64,000 nucleotides of DNA from Macrostomum lignano (GCA_002269645.1 NIVC01001403.1:124001-188000), one strand, 5' to 3'; counted from the stretch's first letter, positions 37,776-51,935 are shown. A program made the numbers and translations. The notes: generated by a model from the letters alone, not told the origin.

Positions 37776-40700
37776 ATGCAGCAGCATCAGCAGTCTGATG
37801 ACAGCTGCTTAGATGAAACAGACGATTCGCCTGCGGCTAACCGCCGCTCCACTGCCGCTAGTAGACGTAGCGGCGGCGCTGGCGGCAGCGAAAACATTGC
37901 TAGTGTCAACGCCGGTTCGACGCGCCGTCGTAGCAGTCGTCGCAGCGCTCTGCTACGTTGCGGTGGCAGCAGCGTCGATGGCGCAGCCGGCCCGGAGGCT
38001 GGCAGCTCCGCGTCCGCGACAACGTCGTGTTTGCGTCCTCAACGTCGGTTGCCTCAGCAGCTGGTGCCGCAGCCGCTGCCAGCGTCGCCTTCTCTGTCGG
38101 CGGCTTCGGCAGCATCGCCGGAGGAGCCCTCTGAGCAGGAGGATGTCGAAGACGAGGAGGCCGCGTCGGAGGCGTTCAGCGCCACGGCCAGCGTCAACGA
38201 AGCCGAAGCAGCGGAAGACGACGAGGATGGAGACAATGAGGAAGACGCCGATGAAGATCTCGACGAAGACTACGAGGCGGAGGAGGAAGAGGATGAAGAA
38301 GAGCAATCTGCTGGCGCTGTCACTTCTTATTCGCGTTCTCGGCGACGCCTGCCTGAGACTCGGCCGCCGTCGGCAGCATTGCCAGCTTCGACGGTGTCGG
38401 CTGATGGGTCGGCAACCGGCGGTGGAGCGCGGAGTCTCCGATTGCGCAGTCGACTACGACAGCTTCGCCGGGCCGGAACGAAGCGACGTTCCGGTTCCGC
38501 TGAGTCCGATGACGATTTGTCGTCTGCTGACAGGTGAAAATTTATTGTCTATGTGTATGTTTTAAACGAATAAGCATCAAACAACTTTCAATTGAGCCTT
38601 GACAACTTGGCACTTTTATTAGGCATGCACATGAAGCGTCTTTGAATTTTTATAGTGCATGCGCACTTTTAAAGTACAAGTGGTTTTGATGTTTTAGTAC
38701 TTTACCCGCACCCGTTAAGTACGTACTTGTACTTTAGTAGTTTTGAGTTTTCCATACCGCCTGTACTTTGCTGCTTGTTTATATTTGTAGTGTATACGAG
38801 TCAGCTGATCAGTCAGCCAGCCAACAGCAGCAGCAACAACTAGAACAAGATCAACAACATGAGCAGCAGCAGCAACAGCTTTGTTGCTTTTGCAATCTAT
38901 CAGATTGCAACACAACTTTTGGCCAAGGCGACATGACCAGATTCCGCTTGGCTTCAATGCCTAGCAGCAGCAGGCGGCTGCCGCAGCATCAGCAGGCGAT
39001 GGCGGACGATGACGTCGGCTGTCTGGATGTAATTCGACGCCGCCGCGACGGTCAGCCAGTCGATTCCGACAGGCCCGGCGTGCCGAACCCCTGGCTGGAC
39101 GCCGACGGCCGGCCCTACGGCCTGGTGCACGAGCTGGCCCGGATCGGGCACGCCGAGTTGCCAGACCTCTCCAGCCTTGCTGATCCCGACGGCGGCGCCT
39201 GGGCGCATCACTGCTGCGCCGCCTGGTCGCCGGAGGTTGTCATGAATGCCGCCGGTGAATTGGAGAACGTCGATAAAGCGCTTGGCAACAGTCTGTGGCA
39301 GCGGTGCGCCTTCTGCAAACGGCTGGGCGCCAGCATTCCCTGCTGCGCTGCTCGCTGCTCCAGGCGCTATCATTTTGTGTGCGCCGCGGCTGCCGGCTGC
39401 TTTCAGGTACTGTGTCTAATTGCTTCTGTCTAATTGCTTCTGTCTAATAGCTTCTGTCTAATTGCTTCTGTCTAATTTGCTTCTGTCTAATTGCTTCTGT
39501 CTAATTGCTTCTGTCTAATCTGCTTCTGTCTAATTGCTTCTGTCTAATTTGCTTCTGTCTAATTGCTTCTGTCTAATTGCTTCTGTCTAATTGCTTCTGT
39601 CTAATTGCTTCTGTCTAATTGCTTCTGTCTAATTGCTTCTGTCTAATTGCTTCTGTCTAATCTGCTTCTGTCTAATTGCTTCTGTCTAATTGCTCCTGTC
39701 TAATTTGCTCCTGTCTAATTGCTTCTGTCTAATTTGCTTCTGTCTAATTTGCTTCTGTCTAATTGCTTCTGTCTAATTTGCTTCTGTCTAATTTGCTCCT
39801 GTCTAATTTGCTTCTGTCTAATTTGCTCCTGTCTAATTTGCTTCTGTCTAATTTGCTCCTGTCTAATTTGCTTCTGTCTAATTTGCTCCTGTCTAATTTG
39901 CTTGTGTCTAATTTGCTTCTGTCTAATTTGCTTCTGTCTAATTTGCTTCTGTCTAATTTGCTTCTGTCTAATTGCTTCTGTCTAATTGCTTCTGTCTAAT
40001 TGCTTCTGTCTAATTGCTTCTGTCTAATCTGCTTCTGTCTAATTGCTTCTGTCTAATTGCTCCTGTCTAATTTGCTCCTGTCTAATTGCTTCTGTCTAAT
40101 TTGCTTCTGTCTAATTTGCTTCTGTCTAATTGCTTCTGTCTAATTTGCTTCTGTCTAATTTGCTCCTGTCTAATTTGCTTCTGTCTAATTTGCTCCTGTC
40201 TAATTTGCTTGTGTCTAATTTGCTTCTGTCTAATTTGCTTCTGTCTAATTTGCTCCTGTCTAATTTGCTTGTGTCTAATTTGCTTCTGTCTAATTTGCTT
40301 CTGTCTAATTTGCTCCTGTCTAATTTGCTTCTGTCTAATTGCTTCTGTCTAATTGCTTCTGTCTAATTGCTTCTGTCTAATTGCTTCTGTCTAATTTGTT
40401 TCTGTCTGCTTTTGTTTTCTTTTGTCTGTTTTTGTGGCAGTTTCTGTTTAAATTATGCTTTTCTCGTGTCTCCGTGTGCTTGTATCTGCTTGTGTTGCTC
40501 TATTGAGTTTCTGCTTGCCCTATTTAGCTGCATTATGCTATATTACCCCCGGCTCTCCTTTGTTCCGCAGGACTACAGCACGCTGCGCCTGTGGTGCTGG
40601 GACCACCTGGCCCTGGCGGACACATCGGACGAGCACGCCATGTGCTACGTGTGCGACAAGGCCCTGCCAGACCTGGCGGACCTACTCTACTGCACCGCCT

Positions 40701-43700
40701 GCGGTCAGCACTACCATGCCAGCTGCTTGGAGCCGCGCGTCACCCTCAGCCCCACAGTCCGGGTCGGCTGGCAGTGCCCCGACTGCAAGGCCTGCATTCA
40801 CTGCGGCGAAAATAAAAACGAAGAGAAATTATTAATATGCGACGTCTGCGATAAAGCATTTCATACTTACTGTCTGAGGCCCGCTATGCGCTGCATTCCT
40901 AGGAGCGGCTGGAAGTGCACCCGCTGCCGCGTCTGCTGGGACTGCGGCGCCAGGAGCCTCGGCATCGGCTCCGCGCCCTCCTCGCTATCATCGTCACCAA
41001 CGTCGAGTCGAGTTGCGGTCAGATGGCACGCCAACTATACTCAGTGCGACCGCTGCCATCACGCCGTTAGAACTAGACAGCAGCAGCACCAGCGACGGCC
41101 TTCCGCGTCGCCCACCCAGTCCGAGGCTTCCATGGCGTCGTCGACGCCTTCGACAGTCGGACCAGCGACTATTGCTGCTGCTGCTGCTGCTGCTGCTACT
41201 AACAGCAATACTACTAATAGCAGTAGTAATAACAGTTCGCTGTCGTCTCCGTCTAGGAAAAAGCGCCGAAGATTGTCCGCTGCGCCGCCAGTATCGCCGA
41301 CTCTAGCGGCGCCGACCATGCCGCCACCGCCTCCACCGCCGCCTCCGCCGCCTCCGTTATCTTCGTCGACCAGATCGGCATCCGGTTTCAGGACTAGCGG
41401 CACTACTAACAGCACCGCTAGTAGTAAGCATAGAAAATTGGCATCATCGGCTGCTGATACCGGGGACTCCGTGTTAGACAAAGACGATCATCCCATCACT
41501 GTGGTGGTCTGCCGCCAGCCAGACGAATCGTTCTTTTGCTCTCAAGACGTCTGCGTAGCCTGCGGTTCTATTGGCGACGGCCAGTCTCAGTCGCTGCTGT
41601 GCTGCTCCCAATGCGGCCAGTGCTATCACACTTTCTGCGCTGGCGTTTCCAAATTGGCGCAGGTGAACTTTTTATTCTTTAATTGCTTTTGTGTTGAGAT
41701 TTGACTACAGTTATTGTTGGATTCTTTCCAATATGTCTTCATTCAAACAAATCAGATCTCAGTGTTTCAATGTTTTCTTAGAAATCAGCGTTTCCGATGT
41801 TTCCTAGAAGTCAGGGTTCCTGATGCTTTCCTAGAAATCAGGGTTCCTGATGCTTTCCTAGAAATCAGCGTTCCTGATGTTTTCCTAGAAGTCAGGGTTC
41901 CCGATGTTTTCCTAGAAATCAGGGTTCTTGATGATTTCCTAGAAAACCTGCGTTTCCGATGCTTTCCTAGAAAACCTGCGTTTCCGATGTTTTCCTAGAA
42001 GTCAGGGTTCCCGATGTTTTCCTAGAAATCAGGGTTCTTGATGATTTCCTAGAAAACCTGCGTTTCCGATGCTTTCCTAGAAAACCTGCGTTTCCGATGT
42101 TTTCCTAGAAGTCAGGGTTCCCGATGTTTTCCTAGAAGTCAGGGTTCCCGATGTTTTCCTAGAAGTCGGGGTTCTTGATGATTTCTTAGAAATCAGGGTT
42201 TCCGATGCTTTCCTAGAAAACCAGCGTTTCTGATGTTTTCCTAGAAAACAGAGTTCTTCATGAATTCTTAGAAAACAAGGGTTTCCAATCCTTTCCTAGT
42301 AAATCTTAGAAAATCAAAGTCTCCAATGTTTTCTTAGAAAGTTAATGTTCTCTATGCTCCTTAAAAATCTATGTTCTTGAGAATAAGTGATCCCAATGAA
42401 CCCCGCAGAATAATCACTAGGAGCATATTCATATACAGCCAAATGAAATCAATCCCACACAATTCACTCCGCAGGTGATGGCCGACAAGGGCTGGCGGTG
42501 TTTCGACTGCACAGTGTGCGAAGGCTGCGGCAAGAGCAATCGCGAGTCTCTACTTTTGCTGTGCGACGACTGCGACATATCTTATCACACGTTCTGTCTG
42601 GACCCGCCGCTGACTGAGGTGCCCAAAGGCGCTTGGAAATGCCGGCACTGCGTTGTTTGCACCCTGTGCGGCAGCCGATCGCCAGGCTACAACTGCTCCT
42701 GGCAGCATAACTTCAGCCGCTGCGGCCCCTGCCACTCGCACTACGCCTGTCCGCTGTGCACCGCCCAGTACAGGGAGGGCGACCTTCTAGTGCACTGCGC
42801 CCAGTGCGAGCGCTGGTGCCACGCACTGTGCGACGGGTTAGCCAACGAAGCCGAAGCTGAATTAGCCACCGACCTTAATTATCTGTGCTATTATTGTCGG
42901 GGCCAGGTGCCGCTCCGGTTGCCGGGCGGTTGCCAGGCAGATCTGCCAGCATATTGCTCATCGGATAGCGGCAAACAGTTTTTCATGGACGGTGTTGTAC
43001 TGTCCGAGATCGGCATGCTGCTGGTTCGGGGTGCTATGCTCAAACTGCCAGCTAAAATGTCTGCTCAGCAGTTGCACCAGCAGCACATGCTGCAGCACCC
43101 TCATCATCAGCCTCCTCAGCAGCAACAAACCTCCCCAGCAGTAGAGTACTCCTCACCGATGCAGCCGCAGGATTCGAATAAATTGCGCAAACCAACTAAT
43201 TTAGGGGTTGGCGGATTTCGGCCAAGGCAGCAGAGGGGCCGTCAGCCGTCTCAGCTTCCCCTTCATCATTCGCATGATCAGCAGCAGCAGCAGCTTCATC
43301 AGCATCATTTTCACCGGCAGCAGTCTCTGCCAGGCGGCGTCTCTCAGCTTCAACAGCAGCTTCAGAGACCGCAGCAGCAGCAGCAATCGCTAATGCAACA
43401 GTTGCAACAGCCCAAACGGCGAGGTCCTCGCCGAAAAATTAGCGATATTGAGGAGAATTATCCCGAATATCTGATGGAGGCTTTCCTTGGCCGGCCAATT
43501 TTAACTGGGGCGAGAGCAGTTGCGGCTGGCGGACCCTCTGCTGCTTCCGGTTCCCAGGCTGCCGCTGCTGCGGCGTCGGCTGCCGCTCCTGGCTGTGCTT
43601 CCGGTTCCGCTTCCGGTGCTGCTGGCGTTGCCGCCCCAGCAGCCGGAAGCAGCCTGGCGGCCGCTGCTCTGACACCTGCTGCAGCATCGAATGCAGCTTT

Positions 43701-46700
43701 GTCGCCTGAGACAGCTCAGTCAGCCGCGGTCGCTTCAGTCTCCGGTGCTAAAACTGCCGACGATCCCGAAGCTGAAGACTCCGACGAGACCAGGTCGGTG
43801 GACGATCTGATGAGCATGCCAGCCATGGCGCCCGCAGGTCCCGCAGCTGCCGCTAACTCCGCCTCCGCTGCCGCCACCTCTGCCGCTACCGCCACCGTTT
43901 CCTCCTCGTCGGCCTCCGCCGCCGCTGCAGCCAAAGTTGACGATGCCGAAGCTGATCGGGACGATCTTGGCGACATCATCCCGGATGTTGTCGGCGTTGC
44001 AGGCGTTGGCGTTGTGGATGACGACGATGAGGACCTGCTGTTCACCATGCTGCGCGAGGACATGCGCAGCGTTGGCATTCGCAAATCCGACCTGCAGCCT
44101 TCGCAGCCGCCGCCTCCCCCGCCGCCTCAGCCGCCTTCGTCGGCTGCTTCAACTTCGGGTGCCGCTGCCGAGGACGATCTGGACATTGACAATCTGGATC
44201 CCAGCCTCACCCAGCTGTGCTGCGATCACACCACCGTGCAAGATGTTATCAAAGGCCTCGGCGGGCCGCTGCCACCTCCGCCGCCTCCATCCGCTCCTTT
44301 GTCGTTGCAGCCAGCTAGCAGTGGCGAGGACGCCGCGGCGGCCAAGCGTCGCATCAACACCCAGCGCTGGTTGGAAGACGAGAGCCTCGGCGATCGGGCC
44401 ACGGCCGCCTCGATTCTCTACGCCAATCAGCGAGCCCCGAACCTGCGGCAGGAGATGCCCAATAGCGAGGAGCGATGCCGGCACGTAAACAAGATGTGGC
44501 GCAAATTGCCAGCTGAGGAGCGGCACCAGTGGGTTGTGAGTGACGCTTTAGTTCTATGTGGATTAAACAGTCATATCGCCCACAGCACCCAATGAGAATC
44601 GCCCACAGACTCGAAAAAAAATCGCCCACAGACCCCAATGAGAATCGCCCACAGACCCCAATGAAAATCGCCCACAGACCCCAATGAGAATCGCCCACAG
44701 ACCCCAATGAGAATCGCCCACAGACCCCAATGAGAATCGCCCACAGACCCATTGAGAATCGCCCACAGACCCCAATGAGAATCGCCCACAGACCCCAATG
44801 AGAATCACCCACAGACCCATTGAGAATCGCCCACAGACCCCAATGAGAATCGCCCACAGACCCCAATGAGAATCGCCCACAGACCCATTGAGAATCGCCC
44901 ACAGACCCCAATGAGAATCGCCCACAGACCCCAATGAGAATCGCCCACAGACCCCATTGAGAATCGCCCACAGACCCCAATGAGAATCGCGCACAGACCC
45001 CATTGAGAATCGCCCACAGACCCCAATGAGAATCGCCCACAGACCCCAATGAGAATCGCCCACAGACCCTAATGAGAATCGCCCACAGACCCATTGAGAA
45101 TCGCCCACAGACCCCATTGAGAATCGCCCACAGACCCCATTGAGAATCGCCCACAGACCCAATGAGAATCGCCCACAGACCCAATCAGAATCGCCCACAG
45201 ATCCCAATCAGAAACGCCCACAGACCCCAATGAGAATCGCCCACAGACCCATTGAGAATCGCCCACAGACCCCAATGAGAATCGCCCACAGACCCAATGA
45301 GAATCGCCCACAAACCCCATTGAGAATCGCCCACAGACCCAATGAGAATCGCCCACAGACCCCAATGAGAATCGCCCACAAACCCCATTGAGAATCGCCC
45401 ACAGACCCCAATGAGAATCGCCCACAAACCCCATTGAGAATCGCCCACAGACCCCAATGAGAATCGCCCACAAACCCCATTGAGAATCGCCCACAGACCC
45501 CAATGAGAATCGCCCACAGACCCCATTGAGAATCGCCCACAAACCCCAATGAGAATCGCCCACAGACCCCAATGAGAATCGCCCACAGACCCCAATGAGA
45601 ATCACCCACAGACCCATTGAGAATCGCCCACAGACCCCAATGAGAATCGCGCACAGACCCCATTGAGAATCGCCCACAGACCCCAATGAGAATCGCCCAC
45701 AGACCCCAATGAGAATCGCCCACAGACCCCAATGAGAATCGCCCACAAACCCCATTGAGAATCGCCCACAGACCCAATGAGAATCGCCCACAAACCCCAT
45801 TGAGAATCGCCCACAGACCCCAATGAGAATCGCCCACAAACCCCATTGAGAATCGCCCACAGACCCCAATGAGAATCGCCCACAAACCCCATTGAGAATC
45901 GCCCACAGACCCCAATGAGAATCGCCCACAAACCCCAATGAGAATCGCCCACAGACCCAATGAGAATCGCCCACAGACCCCAATGAGAATCGCCCACAAA
46001 CCCCATTGAGAATCGCCCACAGACCCCAATGAGAATCGCCCACAGACCCCAATGAGAATCGCCCACAGACCCCAATGAGAATCGCCCACAAACCCCATTG
46101 AGAATCGCCCACAGACCCAATGAGAATCGCCCACAGACCCAATGAGAATCGCCCACAAACCCCAATGAGAATCGCCCACAGACCCCAATGAGAATCGCCC
46201 ACAAACCCCATTGAGAATCGCCCACAGACCCCAATGAGAATCGCCCACAAACCCCATTGAGAATCGCCCACAGACCCCAATGAGAATCGCCCACAAACCC
46301 CATTGAGAATCGCCCACAGACCCCAATGAGAATCGCCCACAAACCCCAATGAGAATCGCCCACAGACCCCAATGAGAATCGCCCACAGACCCCAATGAGA
46401 ATCGCCCACAAACCCCATTGAGAATCGCCCACAGACCCAATGAGAATCGCCCACAGACCCCATTGAGAATCGCCCACAAACCCCATTGAGAATCGCCCAC
46501 AGACCCCATTGAGAATCGCCCACAGACCCCAATGAGAATCGCCCACAAACCCCAATGAGAATCGCCCACAGACCCCAATGAGAATCGCCCACAGACCCCA
46601 ATGAGAATCGCCCACAAACCCCATTGAGAATCGCCCACAGACCCAATGAGAATCGCCCACAGACCCCATTGAGAATCGCCCACAGACCCAATGAGAATCG

Positions 46701-49700
46701 CCCACAGACCCCATTGAGAATCGCCCACAGACCCCAATGAGAATCGCCCACAGACCCCAATGAGAATCGCCCACAGACCCCAATGAGAATCGCCCACAGA
46801 CCCATTGAGAATCCTCTGCAAAATCGCTCTACTCTCTACATCTGCCCTGTGTTCAAACTGCATAAAATTGGCAAATTCCATCTGTAATTAACATTTTTCG
46901 CAGGTGATGGCTCGCGCGAATAAGTCGCAGCAGCAACAGCAACAACCTCAGCAGCAGCAGTCAAAGAAAGCCTCCGGCCCGTCGCTAATGGACAGCTCTT
47001 CCGCATCGGGCGCGCAGATTCCGCGCACGCCAACCTCTCTGTCGTCGTCTTCGTCGCCGCTGATGTCTTCTACGGTTTCGCCGACTGCCGCTCTCTATCA
47101 GCAGTCCAAGCAGGCTGGGGTATGCGGTCTGGCAGGGGATGAGACATAAGTGGCAATGGGAGAGGGGAGACGAGAGGAGATATAGAGAAGGGAGATGAGA
47201 CTGTGAAAGAATCACAGGATTGTGAGATATCGTGCATCAGTATCACGCCAGTGCATAATCGCCAACGCCAATATCCCTAATTCGCAGAGCGCAGACAGTT
47301 TTCGACAGTCGCCTGTCGACCAATCAAATAGCGAAGCTGAAAGTGCTGAAAAGCGTAACCAGGTACGCGATTTGATTGCTAGACAGTCGAAAGAGCGTCA
47401 AATACAAAGGACAATGCAAATTTCCGGGCCGCAACAGCAGCAAAGTCTGCAACAGCAACAGCAGCAGAGTCTGCAACAACAGCAGAGTCTGCAACAGCAA
47501 CAGCAGAGTCTGCAACAGCAACAGCAGAGTCTGCTACAGCAGCAGAGTTTGCAGCAGCAACAAAGTCTGCAACAGCAACAGCAGAGTCTGCAACAGCAGC
47601 AGAGTCTGCAACAACAACAGCAAAGTCTGCAACAGCAACAGCAGAATCTGCAGCAGCGGCAGCAGCAGAGTCTGCAACCACAGACTCAACAGCCCTGGTT
47701 AACTAGGCCATCACTGTCTCTTCGAATGCAATGCAGTAAGTAGAGCAAGCACAATCAGTACAATTTATTCAGATGCAGCGCAGCAGCAACTTTTTGGCAC
47801 CAACATTGTGTGTTATAACTTTTACATTTCCAGCGCCCGATGTGCCACCCGGAATGGCCACTGTACAGCTAGCTCACGGAAAATGGGCAAGCGTTCCTCA
47901 GGTAGGACTCGGCACCTAGTTAATGCATACTTAATTAAAGGTTTTCCTTGGTAATTCTAGTAGAAACTGTTGTGGCATTTTTTAATTTCAGTTGACGCGC
48001 CCAACATCGGCCGCCTCGTTTGGACCCTTGCTGCTTCAGCAGCAGCAGCAGCGCCAGCAATTCCATTTGACGCCTGCCCTGTATAGGTCGCCAACTGGTG
48101 CCCCGACTTCCTTCATCGCTCCGCAGCCTCCGCGACCTCCATCGCAATTCGCGTCTAGCTTTGCGTCGCCTGCATTGTCGGAGGCTCTGCTAAGAAGCGG
48201 CGCGCCTACGTCCATTACGCTGCAGCAGCCGCAACTTCAGCAACAACCGAATCAAGCCGCTGCAACATCTCTTGCTTACTCTAACTCGGCTTTACGGCCT
48301 GAGAATGCGTCTAGGATACAGGAAAACAGTATTAGCTCTCGTGTGATGAGTAATGAGCTGCAGATATGCACGCAAGCCACCGCCAGCGAAAGCGCTGTGA
48401 TAACTACAAAATCGACCTCTTCTCAAAGCAAAACAGAATTTAACAATAGCAATCGCGTTAATAACGACAAACCATTGGATGATGTTGCCTCGTTGACAAC
48501 TGCTAATAACTCTGGTGTGCAAAACTTCGCTGCTGAAACTTATAGTACCAATAAGAACCAGCAAGAAGTCGCAGCTTCGCTGCCTCAAAGCATCGAGAAT
48601 AGCAGTGGAAACTGTGGTTCGACTAATGAAACTGATGAAGCAACACAAATAAATCATCAAAACTGTGAGTCAGTTGAAAACAGCGGCTCAGATATGGAAG
48701 CTAATGATACACAAAGGCCTGCGTGTGAACCAGGAAGTGGAAACTGCGGCACAGATGATGAAGCTGATGATGCGCCAAAGCCTCGCTGTGAGCCAGGCAG
48801 TGGAAACTGCGGCACAGATGATGAAGCTGATGATGCGCGAAAGCCTCATTGTGAGCCAGGCAGTGGAAACTGCGGCACAGATGATGAAGCTGATGATGCG
48901 CCAAAGCCTCGCTGTGAGCCAGGCAGTGGAAACTGCGGCACAGATGATGAAGCTGATGATGCGCCAAAGCCTCGTTGTGAGCCAGGCAGTGGAAACTGCG
49001 GCACAGATGATGAAGCTGATGATGCGCCAAAGCCTCGCTGTGAGCCAGGCAGTGGAAACTGCGGCACAGATGATGAAGCTGATGATGCGCCAAAGCCTCG
49101 TTGTGAGCCAGGCAGTGGAAACTGCGGCACAGATGATGAAGCTGATGATGCCCCAAAGCCTCGTTGTGAGCCAGGCAGTGGAAACTGCGGCACAGATGAT
49201 GAAGCTGATGGAGCATCAACAAAGCCTCGCTGTAAACCAGGCAGTGGAAACTGCGGCACAGATGATGAAGCTGATGGAGCATCAACAAAGCCTCGCTGTG
49301 AACCAGGCAGTGGAAACTGCGGCACAGATGATGAGGCTGATTGCAATGCTACTTCAAGGCCTTCGGTATGCAAACCTGGTAGTGGAAACTGCGGCACAGA
49401 TGATGAAATGGAGGAAGGTGAAACACCGAAATCAGAAACGTGTGAGGCAGCTCAGTCGCAGTCTGATATAGCTGCGGAAGTTAAGAATGCCGGGAGCTCA
49501 AAGTCCTCTAGTTGTGCTCCAGGTAGTGGCAACTGCGGCACGGATGATAAAGAAGATCAAACTAAGACTTCCGATCTTGAAGAATACCCTTCTGGTACTA
49601 CAAACTGCTACACTTTAGATAAGTCAGAAGAAAAGGGTAGCATATCATCGAAGGCTGAGAAAGAAACTGACACTCGGAACTCTGATAATGTCGATCTTGA

Positions 49701-51899
49701 ATATTCGAACAAATTAGAAGGCAAAACTGGCAGACCAAACTGCAACTCGAACAACGCTGCAGTGACAGATCACGCAGCAGACAATGTTAATTGCAAGTCC
49801 AGCGAGGAGAACAACGGCCCGAGCGGTATGGACACTTCAGAGGTGCCTACGTCAGTCGCTGCCGCAGCGGACGTGGCAATGTCAGAAACAGCTACAATGC
49901 TAGCGTCATCTACTCAGGGTACTACTGTTAATAAGTCGACCTCCTTAGCTTCCAAAGATGCAGCAGTCAGCAGCAGCAATGAATCGCAGTCTGTTTCTCC
50001 TAATCAATCAGAGACTTCTGCAGCATCTCAGCCGCCTCAGCGCTGCTCGCCGCCTTTGTCCTCCGCCGCTGTGCTTACTGGACAAATGCGACAGCTATTA
50101 ACCAACGTAGACTCCAAAGATGAATCCGCAACCGCAACCACCGTAGTGACCTCGTCGGCCCTTGAAAAGCAACCGGACCGTCAGAAGTCTGTTGAAGAGT
50201 CCAAGTCTGCCACGCCTTCGCAACAAGAGGAGCAAAAACAGAAAGAATCGACAGAATCAGTATCGCAGCCTCAGCTGCCCAGCAGTCTTGATGACGTCAT
50301 TTCAAGCGTGATAGCGGACTCCAGCAACTATAAGGCGCCGCCAGCTGCTACTGCAGCTTCGTCAGCTTCATCTGCATCCGTTGCTCCGCCGCCCCAACAG
50401 CGCCAGGGCCTATTTCCTATATCCGCTGAGGATGTTGAAATGCTTCTTGGCAATGAGCTGCCCGCTAAACCGCAGCCTCAACCGCCGCAGCCTCAACCGC
50501 CGCAGCCTCAACCGCTGCAGCCTCAACCGCCGCAGCCTCTGCAGCAGCAACGTCCAACTCTTCAGCAGCAGCCGCCGCCACCGCAGCCGCCACCGCAGCC
50601 GCCACCGCCACCGCCACCGCAATCTCCCGCCGGCTTCGTCATCTCTCCGCATCCTCCGCAGCATCAGCCGCAGCCGCCGTCCCACTTTTATTACGGCGGC
50701 CAGTGGCGCAGCCCCGCAATGCGACCTCCGCCAGCCATGCCGCAGCCTGAGCAGCAGCAGCATCAACATCAGAACTATCAGCGGCTGGAACTTGAAGCCC
50801 AGCTAAAGAATGTTGAAGAGAAACTGGCGTCGAATAGAAAACTTAAAAAGAATTTAAACGCTAAAGGACGAACGGTGAGTGATTTCTGCAAGATTTTCTT
50901 CATGATTTGGATAACAGTTAAAATTTAGAATAAATGATGAGAGAATTAAGATTTTGCGACTACCAAATCTCAGGTGTAAGATTTCGCATAGGAATTACCA
51001 AATCTTAGGGGTGAGATTTCGCATAGGTATAATCAAATCTCAGGGGTGAGATTTACCAAAGAGATTACCAAATCTCAGGGATGAGATTTACCAAAGGGAT
51101 TACCAAATCTCAGGGGTGAGATTTCGCACCGGGATTAACAATCTAAGGGAGTGAGATTTCGCACCGGGATTAACAATCTAAGGGAGTGAGATTTCGCACC
51201 GGGATTAACGATCTAAGGGAGTGAGATTTCGCACCGGGATTAACAATCTAAGGGGTGAGATTTCGCACCGGGACTAACAATCTAAGGGGTGAGATTTCGC
51301 ACCGGGACTAACAATCTAAGGGGTGAGATTTCGCACCGGGAATAACAATCTAAGGGGTGAGATTTCGCACCGGGACTAACAATCTAAGGGGTGAGATTTC
51401 GCACCGGGACTAACAATCTAAGGGGTGAGATTTTGAATTTGCACCGGGACTAACAATCTAAGGGGTGAGATTTCGCACCGGGACTAACAATCTAAGGGGT
51501 GAGATTTGGCATAGGGATTACCAAATCTCAGAGGTGAGATTTCGCATCGGGATGATAAAATAAATTTGCCGGCCTCCGCATTCCGCAGGCCAAGAAGAAC
51601 AACATTCCGCTCAGTCGGCAAGACCAAATCGAGGCTCAGCAAGTCGGCGAAGAGATCAAACGATTAAGCCAGGAGTCGGACAACCTGCGAGCTCGCCTAA
51701 AAGATTGCGGCTCTGGCAGCGCCGGCGCCAGCCAGTGGCCGGCCGGGTCCAGCAGGGCGCCAATGTCGGCGCCGCCGCTCCCTCAACCTCAGCAGCAGCA
51801 GCAGCAGCCTCTTCTGCGCTTCCATCCTCAGCACCAGCCGCAGATTATGGCCGGCGATAATAATCCTTTTAGCGAAGCTTTCCAACGTCAATTGGTGCA

Positions 51900-51935
<36 letters not shown>

